Shown: positions 28,136 through 36,731 of the stretch, piece after piece
Position numbering within the stretch: the first letter of the stretch is position 1
Layout of the letters: each line of letters starts with the position of its first letter
Assembly (NCBI GenBank): GCA_014384505.1
Contig: JACNFT010000040.1
Location: 1 to 37,084 of the forward strand
Direction: 5' to 3'
DNA: 37,084 bases
From: Cryomorphaceae bacterium
Lineage (GTDB): Bacteria; Bacteroidota; Bacteroidia; Flavobacteriales; BACL11
Translations under genes and position numbers: made by a program
The notes under the pieces: generated by a model
Told to the model about the DNA's origin: nothing
Seen by the model: the letters and a program-made list of their open reading frames with translations, nothing else
The model's database searches: none

Positions 28136-28585
28136 ATGAGAAGAAGACTTTTATTCTTTGGATTTGGAGCATTAATTAGTGTTTTTTTCCTTTCAATGGG
28201 ACCTGAAAATCGCTTAAAAGATACCTTTTTTGCTTATGTGGATTACTTTAATATGGACAAGAGAGTTATTTCTCATCTTTATCCTAATACAACTGATGAT
28301 GAAGGAAATGTGCTATTAATTGACCCTGACTTTACAGCAAAAGCTGAGTGTCAGTTGGTGTATTATAATTTGACAAAAAAAGATTTATTATCTGTTTTAG
28401 AAGATGGAGAAGTGAATTTTGAATTATCGGATGAAGATGGAGAGCCTTGCCAGTATTATGTAATTGAAAACTCAGTAAAGGGCATTGCTTTATCAGTTAC
28501 TTTTGAGCTTTGTTATTACAATGATAAAAGTGTGAAGGTGATGACTTTTACATCCAATAAGGAAGATGAGGTTTGTAATTTTTAA
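28136..28585 (+). CDS. Hypothetical protein with N-terminal membrane anchor/signal sequence
   Basis: The N-terminus MRRRLLFFGFGALISVFFLS is hydrophobic. The gene starts tightly after ald with a 4-nt gap. No family recognised. Confidence 0.5.
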   Translation: MRRRLLFFGFGALISVFFLSMGPENRLKDTFFAYVDYFNMDKRVISHLYPNTTDDEGNVLLIDPDFTAKAECQLVYYNLTKKDLLSVLEDGEVNFELSDEDGEPCQYYVIENSVKGIALSVTFELCYYNDKSVKVMTFTSNKEDEVCNF

Positions 28586-29745
28586 GCCTTCTTTCTCCTT
28601 TGCTTTTCAGCTATAATATTACTGAGTTCACGCCCCATTTGTCCTGCAATGGAGGTGTTTTCTTCAGCTCGCCTAATTAAGTAGGGCATAACATCTTTTA
28701 CTGGCCCGTAAGGAACATATTTACTGACATTATAATTAGCAACCGAAAGGTTATAAGAAATATGATCACTCATTCCTAAAAGCTGAGAAAAGTAAATTCT
28801 ATCATCATTTTTTTTAATTCCTTTTTCATCTAAAAGATTAGCCAATAGCTGTGTGCTATCTTCATTATGAGTGCCTGCACAGATTGCTATTCTGTCAATA
28901 TTATTAATACAAATATTTAGGGCATGATTATAGTCCTTGTCCGTATCTGATTTTTTAAGATGTACAGGGCAGGGGTAGTTATTTATTTTTGCCCTTTCTA
29001 TCTCTTGTTCATGATATGCACCTCTTACTAATTTTATGCCGACAAAAAACTTATTTTCTGAACGCTCCAATAGGGAATTAAGGTAAGCTATTCTATCATT
29101 CCTATATAGCTGAATGGTATTGTAGATAAGGGCTTTTTTAGTATTGTATTTTACCATCATTTTCTCGGCAATACTATCGATAGCATCTTGTATCCAACTT
29201 TCTTCTGCATCAATAAAAACAGCTACATTTTTATCGTGTGCCAATTGGCAAATTGAATTTACTCTTGCTTCATACTCCTGTTTTTCTATTTCTTGTTCAG
29301 CAGATAGGGGAGTATTGTTATTTATTTTTTGGAGTAAAGAAAATTTACATAGCCCAGTAGGTTTAAAAACTGAAAAGGGAATGCTATCAGAGATTGCAGC
29401 CTTTTCAATAGAAGCTAGGGTTTGTGCTAAGGCTCTGTTAAAGTCATTAACAGATTCCTTTCCTTCTGCTGAAAAATCCAAAATTGTTCCAATTTTGGAT
29501 TCCCATAATTTATCAATAGTAACTTGGCTTTGTTCTATAGTTTCCCCACCACAAAATTGTTTGTATACAGTTGCTTTTATAATTGGTTTTATGGGAAGAT
29601 GTAGCTTTAATGCAAATTTTGATAAGCTGGTAAGTAATTTTGAAAAAAAAGGATTACTCATCCCTTTAAACAGAAAATAGGCTCTATTTAAATCAGGATT
29701 TGATTTGTCAGCAAAAGCTATTTTTAGGTTTTTAAAATCAATCAT
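28582..29745 (-). CDS. Proline dehydrogenase (monofunctional PutA-type PRODH domain)
   Basis: At about 387 aa it shows VFIDAEESWIQDAID, KLVRGAYHEQE and MPYLIRRAEENTS motifs typical of the PRODH beta8-alpha8 barrel. Confidence 0.8.
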   Translation of the reverse strand: MIDFKNLKIAFADKSNPDLNRAYFLFKGMSNPFFSKLLTSLSKFALKLHLPIKPIIKATVYKQFCGGETIEQSQVTIDKLWESKIGTILDFSAEGKESVNDFNRALAQTLASIEKAAISDSIPFSVFKPTGLCKFSLLQKINNNTPLSAEQEIEKQEYEARVNSICQLAHDKNVAVFIDAEESWIQDAIDSIAEKMMVKYNTKKALIYNTIQLYRNDRIAYLNSLLERSENKFFVGIKLVRGAYHEQEIERAKINNYPCPVHLKKSDTDKDYNHALNICINNIDRIAICAGTHNEDSTQLLANLLDEKGIKKNDDRIYFSQLLGMSDHISYNLSVANYNVSKYVPYGPVKDVMPYLIRRAEENTSIAGQMGRELSNIIAEKQRRKKA

Positions 29746-29813
29746 ATATTAAATAATTTTTGGGTAAAAATATAAATATTGATAGATCGGGTTTATGATT
29801 TATATTAAATAAA

Positions 29814-30452
29814 TTATTTAATTTTCCTTGAAATCATTAATCCATCTCGTACTGGTAAGAGTAAGGTTTCAACTCTATCTGAATTAAGCATTTTCTTATT
29901 GTACTTATCTAATGCAATTGTTTCGTAATCCTTTTCTTGTTTGGTAACCTTGCCACTCCATAGAACATTGTCAGCAATAATTAATCCTCCAATATCCATT
30001 TTTTCAATTATTGCATCAAAGTAGTTAGAGTAATTTTTTTTATCAGCATCAATAAATGCCAGCTGAAAGTTATAATTTAAGTTAGGTATGATTTCTAATG
30101 CATCACCAATATGTTGTATGATATTTTTGCTAAAGTTAGATTTTTTAAAATAACGATTAGCAACATATGTACATTCTTCATTATTATCTAATGTATGTAA
30201 ACTTCCATTTGGCTTTAATCCTTCTGCTAAACATAGTGCCGAATAACCTGTATAAGTTCCTATTTCTAAAATATTTTCAGGGGAAACTAGTTTACTAAAT
30301 AGGGAAAGAATTCTCCCTTGTAAATGTCCAGAAAGCATTCTGGGTATCATTACATTGGCCCAAGTTTCTCGGTTAAGTGCCGCTAATAGTTGAGATTCTT
30401 CAGTGGTATGCGTTGTAGCATAGTCTTCAATTACTTCAGGTAAAAATTCCAT
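29814..30452 (-). CDS. Class I SAM-dependent O-methyltransferase (caffeoyl-CoA OMT-like, family 3)
   Basis: ILEIGTYTGYSALCLAE, FIDADKKNY and IIADNVLWSGKV are OMT family 3 motifs. Start moved to ATG 30452, because the track extension to 30476 runs into the upstream terminator hairpin. Confidence 0.8.
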   Translation of the reverse strand: MEFLPEVIEDYATTHTTEESQLLAALNRETWANVMIPRMLSGHLQGRILSLFSKLVSPENILEIGTYTGYSALCLAEGLKPNGSLHTLDNNEECTYVANRYFKKSNFSKNIIQHIGDALEIIPNLNYNFQLAFIDADKKNYSNYFDAIIEKMDIGGLIIADNVLWSGKVTKQEKDYETIALDKYNKKMLNSDRVETLLLPVRDGLMISRKIK

Positions 30453-30463
30453 ATTTTTGGGTA

Positions 30464-30489
30464 TAAAAAAAGCCACACGTAGTGTGGCT
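30464..30489 (-). terminator. Rho-independent terminator downstream of the Cys-rich protein gene
   Basis: AGCCACA (30471-30477) pairs with TGTGGCT (30483-30489) around a 5-nt loop. The plus-strand A7 run at 30464-30470 gives a U7 tract after the stem on the minus strand, about 20 nt after the stop at 30510. Confidence 0.85.
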
Positions 30490-30509
30490 TTTATGATGTT
30501 AAATTATAT

Positions 30510-30920
30510 CTATTTGATAGATGTTGCTGTAGCTTCTTTTTTACAACATACTTTCTTTTTACCTGCTTTACTACAAGAAGATTTATTATCTCCATAGCTA
30601 TTAGACTTGTCAAAGTTAAATGAACCTTCTTTACTTTTTGAGCAAGAAGCTTTTTCTGATTTAGAACATTTAGCTTTACTTTTTGAGCAAGAAGCTTTTT
30701 CTGATTTAGAACAAGATTTCTTTTTCTCACCTTTACAACAAGTTCCGTTTTTCTTGTTTTCACAAGTTGCATCACAAACTTTCCCAGATTTAGCACACGT
30801 TTTTACTTCTTTTACTTCTTCAATTCCTACTACAGTTTCAGTAGTTGCATCAGATTGAGCGTTTACATTAGCGATTCCAATAAAGAATACAGCTAAAAGT
30901 ACGATTGATATTTTTTTCAT
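30510..30920 (-). CDS. Secreted Cys/Lys/Ser-rich low-complexity protein, function unknown
   Basis: The signal peptide MKKISIVLLAVFFIGIANVNA|Q is followed by a mature part with 12 Cys (including two CC pairs), very many Lys/Ser, and a tandem 15-aa repeat CSKSEKASCSKSK(AK/EG). This frame is preferred over the overlapping 30491-30796 frame because it has the signal peptide and a promoter-proximal ATG. Confidence 0.7.
   Translation of the reverse strand: MKKISIVLLAVFFIGIANVNAQSDATTETVVGIEEVKEVKTCAKSGKVCDATCENKKNGTCCKGEKKKSCSKSEKASCSKSKAKCSKSEKASCSKSKEGSFNFDKSNSYGDNKSSCSKAGKKKVCCKKEATATSIK
30629..30713. repeat. Perfect 40-bp direct duplication (period 45 bp) inside the Cys-rich gene
   Basis: CTTTACTTTTTGAGCAAGAAGCTTTTTCTGATTTAGAACA occurs at 30629-30668 and identically at 30674-30713. 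The period is in frame (15 codons). Confidence 0.9.
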
Positions 30921-30946
30921 TTTTGTTGTTTTTAATTTATTTTAGG

Positions 30947-30954
30947 CAAATATA
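30947..30954 (-). promoter_or_regulatory. Candidate -7 promoter element (TATATTTG on the minus strand) for the Cys-rich protein gene
   Basis: Plus-strand CAAATATA at 30947-30954 is TATATTTG on the minus strand, about 27 nt upstream of the ATG at 30920. It lies within the 12-mer GGCAAATATAGT also seen at 12555. Confidence 0.45.
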
Positions 30955-30982
30955 GTAAAATAGTTTAAATATATCTCTTTAA

Positions 30983-31630
30983 CTAATAACTAGCAATTAC
31001 ACTTTGTCCTCCAGTTACTTTTTCTTCTAATTGTGTGTTTATTTTTGTTCCTATTGGGAAGAATAAATCTACTCTCGATCCAAACTTAATAAATCCGAAT
31101 TCATCAGCTACATTTGCTCTGTCATTTTCTTTTGAGTAAGTCATAATTCTACGAGCAACTGCACCTGCAATTTGTCTAAAAAGAATAGAGATTTTATCAT
31201 TTTCAACTACTACAGTACTCCTTTCATTATCAGTTGATGCCTTAGGGTGCCAAGCAACCAAAAATTTACCAGGATGGTATTTTGTATACTTTACCTGCCC
31301 ACTAATAGGGTAAACTTGGTTGTGTACATTTAAAGGCGACATAAAAATACTTACTTGTATTCTTTTGTCCTTATAGAACTCAGTTTCTTCAGTTTCTTCA
31401 ATAACCACTACTTTACCATCACAAGGGGCATAAACTATTCCTTCTTTTCTTTCGAACTCACGCTTTGGAATACGAAAAAAGTTTAAAGTCATAATGAATA
31501 AAAACCCTGTGATTGCAGTTGTAAAACAAGCTACATATTCATGTGCATAAGTGTAGGCTAAATAGTTAAATAAACTAAAAGCTAAAATTTCAATTGTTAG
31601 GGTTGCGTTTCCTTCTTTGTGTAATTTCAT
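30983..31630 (-). CDS. psd: Phosphatidylserine decarboxylase proenzyme (short Bacteroidota type)
   Basis: At about 215 aa it has N-terminal TM helices, YAPCDGKV, and the self-cleavage region FGFIKFGSRVDLFFP. It is adjacent to cdsA. Confidence 0.85.
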   Translation of the reverse strand: MKLHKEGNATLTIEILAFSLFNYLAYTYAHEYVACFTTAITGFLFIMTLNFFRIPKREFERKEGIVYAPCDGKVVVIEETEETEFYKDKRIQVSIFMSPLNVHNQVYPISGQVKYTKYHPGKFLVAWHPKASTDNERSTVVVENDKISILFRQIAGAVARRIMTYSKENDRANVADEFGFIKFGSRVDLFFPIGTKINTQLEEKVTGGQSVIASY

Positions 31631-31631
31631 A

Positions 31632-32273
31632 TTAAATGATATTTAAGTAAATGTATAATACTGGAATGGTAATCATAAAAGCATCCATTCTGTCGAGCAT
31701 TCCTCCATGTCCAGGTATAAAGTTTCCTGAATCTTTTACGCCAGCTTGTCGTTTGAAATAGGATTCTGTAAAATCACCAAGTGTAGCGGTGAAAGGTAAA
31801 AATAGGCTCATTGCTAAAGCAATACTATTGTCTACTTTTAGGAAATAATGAGTAGTAATGAAAGAAGCAATAACAGTGAAAATAAAACCGCCTGCAAAGC
31901 CCTCCCACGATTTTTTAGGAGAAATAGAAGGCATGATTTTTGTTTTTCCAAAGCGTACACCAAATAGATAGGCAAAGGTGTCAAAAGTCCAAGTAAGAAT
32001 GAACATTAACAAAATAAGAGAGGGGTCAAATACAAAATTAAAATTAAGAATTTCTATCTTTCCGAAAAAATGAATCAGAAAAAAGGGTAGTAGTACATAT
32101 ACAAAAGCATAAACTTTAGATTTTCCTTTCCTTAGTTTCCACATTTCATAAATTGAAACAATGCCTAGAACTAAAAATAAAATATGGAATGATAACTCAG
32201 AAAAAGAAGTTCCGAACCACATGATAAGCACATAAACAAATCCTGATAATGCTCTTTTAAGTGTTTCGTTCAT
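31632..32273 (-). CDS. cdsA: Phosphatidate cytidylyltransferase (compact)
   Basis: This polytopic membrane protein carries the CdsA signature SPKKSWEGFAGG ... GDFTESYFKRQAGVKDSGNFIPGHGGMLDRMD. At 213 aa it is shorter than many CdsA proteins. Confidence 0.85.
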   Translation of the reverse strand: MNETLKRALSGFVYVLIMWFGTSFSELSFHILFLVLGIVSIYEMWKLRKGKSKVYAFVYVLLPFFLIHFFGKIEILNFNFVFDPSLILLMFILTWTFDTFAYLFGVRFGKTKIMPSISPKKSWEGFAGGFIFTVIASFITTHYFLKVDNSIALAMSLFLPFTATLGDFTESYFKRQAGVKDSGNFIPGHGGMLDRMDAFMITIPVLYIYLNII

Positions 32274-32463
32274 TGTTAATTTCTTTAAGTAAATTCTCTG
32301 TTTTTTCTACCTGATCTTCCTGTACATACAGCTCAACTAAACCAAACATTAAATAAGAAGAATCTTGTTTATTAAGTAGTACAACCTTAATGTTATTTTC
32401 TTCTAGCATTTGTTTTACAATTGCAGCTTTATTTGGGTTATCAGTACTAAGAACTTTTATCAT
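32257..32463 (-). CDS. Small DUF2007-like protein
   Basis: The 68-aa sequence has a beta-alpha-beta-like pattern ([35 protein letters not shown]...ELYVQEDQVEKTENLLKE) resembling DUF2007. It overlaps the ftsH 3' end and the cdsA 5' end by 17 nt each. Confidence 0.55.
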   Translation of the reverse strand: MIKVLSTDNPNKAAIVKQMLEENNIKVVLLNKQDSSYLMFGLVELYVQEDQVEKTENLLKEINNERNT

Positions 32464-34522
32464 TTACACTTTCTTCAGTTGCTTTAGTTTCCTTCTCCTT
32501 TGCTGCTTTAGCTTTCTTCTCTTCTGCTTTTACTTTTTTTGCTGCTTTTGCTAATTTGTCAGATTCAGTTTTTTCTTCATCCATCTTAATAAGTTGCTCT
32601 TCTTCATAGGACTTCCATTTTCTAGCTCCAAATATAGTTTCTAAATCAGCTTTAAAGATCACTTCCTTTTCTAATAATTCAGCACCAAGTTTTTCAACTT
32701 TATCTTTATTGCTAGTTAGTACTTCTTTAGCTCTAGTATATTCCTCTTCTAATATTCTACTTACTTCTTTGTCAATTAGCTGAGCTCTTTCTTCAGAATA
32801 TGGTTTAGTAAAACCAGATTGTTGCCCTGAAGAATCGTAATAAGAGATATTTCCTATTTCCTTGCTTAAGCCATACATGCTTACCATAGCGTAAGCCATT
32901 TTTGTTACTTTTTCAAGGTCAGATAAAGCACCAGTTGAAATTCTACCAAAGAAAACTTCCTCAGCAGCTCTCCCTCCCATAGCAGCACAAATTTCATCAA
33001 GCATTTGTTCGGTAGTTGTTAATTGTCTTTCTTCTGGCAAGTACCAGGCAGCTCCTAATGATTTTCCTCTAGGAACAATAGTTACTTTTACTAGGGGAGA
33101 AGCGTACTCTAACATCCAACTTACTGTTGCATGTCCTGCCTCATGATAAGCAATTGTTTTCTTTTCTCCAGGAGAAATAATTTTTGACTTTTTCTCTAAG
33201 CCACCTATAATTCTATCAACAGCATCAATAAAATCTTGTTTATCAACTTCATTTTTTGATTTTCTGGCAGCAATAAGAGCAGCCTCATTACAGACATTGG
33301 CAATATCAGCTCCTGAGAAACCTGGAGTTTGTCTGGACAAGAAATTAACATCCATACTTTCAGCCAATTTGATTGGTTTTAAATGTACTTCAAATATAGC
33401 TTTACGCTCTAGTAAATCCGGTAAATCAACAAATATTTGTCTGTCAAATCTTCCTGCTCTGGTCAAAGCTTTGTCTAAAACATCAGCTCTGTTAGTAGCA
33501 CCCATTACAATTACTCCTGAATTTGTACCAAAACCATCCATTTCAGTTAATAACTGATTTAGAGTATTTTCTCTTTCATCATTACTTCCTGTCATTGCAT
33601 TTTTCCCTCTTGCACGACCAATAGCATCTATTTCATCAATAAAGATAATAGATGGAGCTTTTTCCTTTGCTTGTTTAAATAAATCACGCACACGGCTAGC
33701 ACCAACCCCAACAAACATTTCTACAAAATCAGAACCTGATAAAGAGAAGAAAGGTACTTTTGCCTCACCAGCAACTGCTTTGGCAAGCAATGTTTTTCCT
33801 GTACCAGGAGGACCGATAAGCATAGCACCTCTAGGAATTTTACCCCCTAATTTGGTGTATTTTTCTGGAGATTTCAGGAAGTCAACTATTTCAGTAATTT
33901 CTTCTTTAGCACCTTCTAACCCTGCAACATCATCAAAAGTTATTTTTATATCTTCTTTGGCTACTAATTTACCTTGAGTTTTTCCGATATTAAATATTTG
34001 TCCACCAGCACCACCAGCGCCACCACCCATTTTTTTCATAATGAATAACCAAATAAAAACAAAGAAAGCTAAAGGTAAAATCCAACCTAAAATATCACCA
34101 AATATATCTTTTTGTGTTTCATAGAGTGGGGATATCTTATCCTCATTATCAAATGCTATTTGGGCATCTTTTAAATCATTACTAAAGGTTTCTACCGAAC
34201 CGATTTCAAAGTAAAAATGAGGACCTAAATTTGGTGCATCACCAAAAGCTTTCTTTCCTACTTTCTTAAACTGTTCTTCTGATAAAAATTCTTTTTTAAT
34301 ATATATGTAGGCCTTGTCTTTATTTACAATCACTACTTTGTCAACCTTACCGTCTTGTAACATTGTTAGGTTGAATTCCTGCCAATTAGTAGGTTTTGTT
34401 ACTTCAGTACCTATAAATTGTAAGCCAATAAAAAACACAAATATGATTGCGTACAACCAGTAGATTTTGAATTTAAAACCTTTTAACCCCTCTGGTAAAC
34501 CTGATTTCTTTTTTTTATCCAT
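32447..34522 (-). CDS. ftsH: ATP-dependent zinc metalloprotease FtsH
   Basis: It has two TM segments, an AAA+ module ([29 protein letters not shown]), the Zn site HEAGHA and a Lys/Glu-rich C-terminal tail. Confidence 0.95.
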   Translation of the reverse strand: MDKKKKSGLPEGLKGFKFKIYWLYAIIFVFFIGLQFIGTEVTKPTNWQEFNLTMLQDGKVDKVVIVNKDKAYIYIKKEFLSEEQFKKVGKKAFGDAPNLGPHFYFEIGSVETFSNDLKDAQIAFDNEDKISPLYETQKDIFGDILGWILPLAFFVFIWLFIMKKMGGGAGGAGGQIFNIGKTQGKLVAKEDIKITFDDVAGLEGAKEEITEIVDFLKSPEKYTKLGGKIPRGAMLIGPPGTGKTLLAKAVAGEAKVPFFSLSGSDFVEMFVGVGASRVRDLFKQAKEKAPSIIFIDEIDAIGRARGKNAMTGSNDERENTLNQLLTEMDGFGTNSGVIVMGATNRADVLDKALTRAGRFDRQIFVDLPDLLERKAIFEVHLKPIKLAESMDVNFLSRQTPGFSGADIANVCNEAALIAARKSKNEVDKQDFIDAVDRIIGGLEKKSKIISPGEKKTIAYHEAGHATVSWMLEYASPLVKVTIVPRGKSLGAAWYLPEERQLTTTEQMLDEICAAMGGRAAEEVFFGRISTGALSDLEKVTKMAYAMVSMYGLSKEIGNISYYDSSGQQSGFTKPYSEERAQLIDKEVSRILEEEYTRAKEVLTSNKDKVEKLGAELLEKEVIFKADLETIFGARKWKSYEEEQLIKMDEEKTESDKLAKAAKKVKAEEKKAKAAKEKETKATEESVNDKSS

Positions 34523-34534
34523 TTCTAAATTCTT

Positions 34535-34900
34535 TTATTCTTTGTAATTTTTGAATTCTGCATCACCCCAAAAGTCCTCAATATTATAAAAAGCTCTTGT
34601 TTTTTCTTGAAAAATGTGTACGATTATATCTGAGTAATCCATTAATATCCACTCTCCAACTCTATTTCCTTCAGTATGAAATGGCTTTTCGCCTAAGTCC
34701 TTTGAAATTGTTTTTTTAATACTTCCTTCAATTGCGTTTACATGAGTGCTTGAAGTACCTGTACAAATAACAAAATATTTACTTATTGCAGAGTCTAACT
34801 TTCTTAAATCCAAGGAAACAATTTCTAGTCCCTTTACATCTTTTATTGCGTCTATTATGTTTTCTAATAGAATATTTGTTTCATCAATTTTTTTAGCCAT
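34535..34900 (-). CDS. rsfS: Ribosome silencing factor RsfS (iojap-like)
   Basis: 121 aa with ...YFVICTGTSSTHVNAI...GEWILMDYSDIIVHIF...R.FYNIEDFWGDA, the typical RsfS pattern. Confidence 0.88.
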   Translation of the reverse strand: MAKKIDETNILLENIIDAIKDVKGLEIVSLDLRKLDSAISKYFVICTGTSSTHVNAIEGSIKKTISKDLGEKPFHTEGNRVGEWILMDYSDIIVHIFQEKTRAFYNIEDFWGDAEFKNYKE

Positions 34901-34909
34901 ATTTATTTT

Positions 34910-34917
34910 TAGATTTG
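34910..34917 (+). promoter_or_regulatory. Candidate -7 promoter element (TAGATTTG) for birA
   Basis: This is an exact TAnnTTTG match on the plus strand, about 54 nt upstream of the TTG start at 34971, in the rsfS/birA divergent spacer. Confidence 0.3.
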
Positions 34918-34970
34918 CGTCTGCGAAAATACATTATTTAAACCAATAATTTCTAAAAAATTAGGCTGCT

Positions 34971-35699
34971 TTGTTTACTATAAATCACATAAAATTAGAA
35001 ACCATAGATTCAACAAACGATTACACGTTAAGTTTGAAAGATTCACTAGTTTTTAAAGAAGGATTAGTAGTTACTGCCAATTTTCAAAGTGGTGGAAATG
35101 GGCAAAGAGGAAAAGCTTGGGAAAGCAATGCAAACGAAAATCTATTGCTATCAGTTGTTATTGAACCTAAATTAAAACTTGATGAGCAATCCTTAATTAG
35201 CAAAATAGCTGCTTTGTCAGTGTGCGATTTGCTTAAAAGTTTAGGTATTGAGGCTTTAATAAAATGGCCAAATGATATTTTGGTAAACAAGCAAAAAATT
35301 GCTGGCATATTGATGCAAAATAAATTACAAGGAAATTACATTACTCATTCAGTAATTGGGCTAGGTTTTAATGTAAATCAGCTTGTATTTAAGCACTATT
35401 TACCCAAGGCTACTTCCTTAAGGTTGCAGCTAAATAAAGAATATGAGGTTTTAGAAATACAAGAGCAATTCTTAAGTTTTCTGTCCACACGATTGATTCG
35501 CTTAAAAAAGGGTGAAAATCAGACAAATGAATATCTGAAAGCCTTATTTCTAAAAGATACACCAGCAGCTTTTGAAAGTGATAATAAGCAGTTTATGGGA
35601 ATAATAAAAGGAGTAAGTGAAAGTGGAAAATTACTTATTCAGCTTGAAGACGATAGCATTACTGCATTTGAGAATCAGCAAGTAAAATATTTATTTTAG
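34971..35699 (+). CDS. birA: Biotin--[acetyl-CoA-carboxylase] ligase (group I, no HTH domain)
   Basis: IDSTNDY..., GGNGQRGKAWES (the GRGRxGRxW-like biotin-binding loop), and KWPNDILVNKQKIAGIL. The TTG start follows the track and its exact position is uncertain. Confidence 0.8.
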   Translation: MFTINHIKLETIDSTNDYTLSLKDSLVFKEGLVVTANFQSGGNGQRGKAWESNANENLLLSVVIEPKLKLDEQSLISKIAALSVCDLLKSLGIEALIKWPNDILVNKQKIAGILMQNKLQGNYITHSVIGLGFNVNQLVFKHYLPKATSLRLQLNKEYEVLEIQEQFLSFLSTRLIRLKKGENQTNEYLKALFLKDTPAAFESDNKQFMGIIKGVSESGKLLIQLEDDSITAFENQQVKYLF

Positions 35700-36085
35700 A
35701 ACTTTTCCATTTTACTTGATAGTACATCCAAAAACTGTGTTAATGGTTTTTCAACCATCATTTTCATCATCATATTTAGCTCAGCATTTATTTCTAAACG
35801 GGCTTGACATTGATTTCCTTTTTCAGTAATAAAACAATCCAAAGAAAAAGGCACTTGACTTCCTTTGGCTGTTAAGGAAATTTTTGAAAAGGGAGTTTTC
35901 TCTCCTAATTCTAAATTAAGGGCTGGCATTCCTTTCATTTTAAAAGAGCAAGTACTTGCCGTACTTTCAAAATCCTTTATAGAGGAAGGCATTATCTCTT
36001 TTAGGTTGTTAAGATCTCCAATTTTAATAAAGAAATCTTCAGCACTTCTATTTACGATTACTTCTGGTGATGTAAATGTTGCCAT
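35696..36085 (-). CDS. Small SRPBCC/START-like fold protein (hypothetical)
   Basis: At 129 aa its strand-rich pattern with a C-terminal helix is compatible with an SRPBCC-type ligand-binding fold. The assignment is weak. Confidence 0.45.
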   Translation of the reverse strand: MATFTSPEVIVNRSAEDFFIKIGDLNNLKEIMPSSIKDFESTASTCSFKMKGMPALNLELGEKTPFSKISLTAKGSQVPFSLDCFITEKGNQCQARLEINAELNMMMKMMVEKPLTQFLDVLSSKMEKF

Positions 36086-36089
36086 ATTT

Positions 36090-36731
36090 TTATTTTTTCC
36101 AAATTGATGGATTTTCTCTCCACTGTTTCAGGATAGCTAAATCTGATTCTTCAATATATTGTGATTCTATTGCTTGTGGTAATAAGGTGTTGTAGTCGCA
36201 TAAAGACACATACTCACAATCGGCAGTTTTAAAGTTTTCAGTTGCTGCATCAAAGCCGTAAGTAAAGATGGAAACTATCCCTTTTACTTGCATTCCTGCT
36301 TCTTTTAAAACGCTAGCAGCATCTAAGCTACTTTTCCCGCTACTAATTAAGTCCTCAACCAATACAACTGATTGCCCCTCTTCAAAATGCCCTTCAATTT
36401 GATTTTGTTTTCCGTGTTCTTTTGCTTTTGCTCTAACATAGATAAACGGTAGACCTAACTCTTCAGCAACTAAAGCTCCATGAGGGATTCCGGCTGTTGC
36501 TACCCCAGCAATTACATTGGCACCTTTATAATGATTTTTTACAATTGCTGCTAATCCTTGTCTTATGTAATTTCTTATTTCAGGATATGATAGCGTTTTT
36601 CGGTTATCACAGTAAATTGGAGAGTTCCAACCTGCTGCCCATACAAATGGGGTGTTGGGTTTTAAAATAATTGCGTTTATTTGCAATAAAGATTTAGCAA
36701 CTTGTTTAGCAATATCAATATCATATATCAT
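36090..36731 (-). CDS. pyrE: Orotate phosphoribosyltransferase
   Basis: FVWAAGWNSPIYCDNR and the PRPP-binding motif VVLVEDLISSGKSS are typical PyrE motifs; 213 aa. Confidence 0.93.
   Translation of the reverse strand: MIYDIDIAKQVAKSLLQINAIILKPNTPFVWAAGWNSPIYCDNRKTLSYPEIRNYIRQGLAAIVKNHYKGANVIAGVATAGIPHGALVAEELGLPFIYVRAKAKEHGKQNQIEGHFEEGQSVVLVEDLISSGKSSLDAASVLKEAGMQVKGIVSIFTYGFDAATENFKTADCEYVSLCDYNTLLPQAIESQYIEESDLAILKQWRENPSIWKK

Noticed and set aside
30491-30796. Alternative frames over the Cys-rich gene (101-aa minus-strand ORF, and the 83-aa plus-strand ORF at 30607-30858)
   Set aside because: They stay open only because of the biased repeat composition. They lack a signal peptide or a promoter-proximal start, and the 136-aa frame explains the promoter and terminator geometry better.
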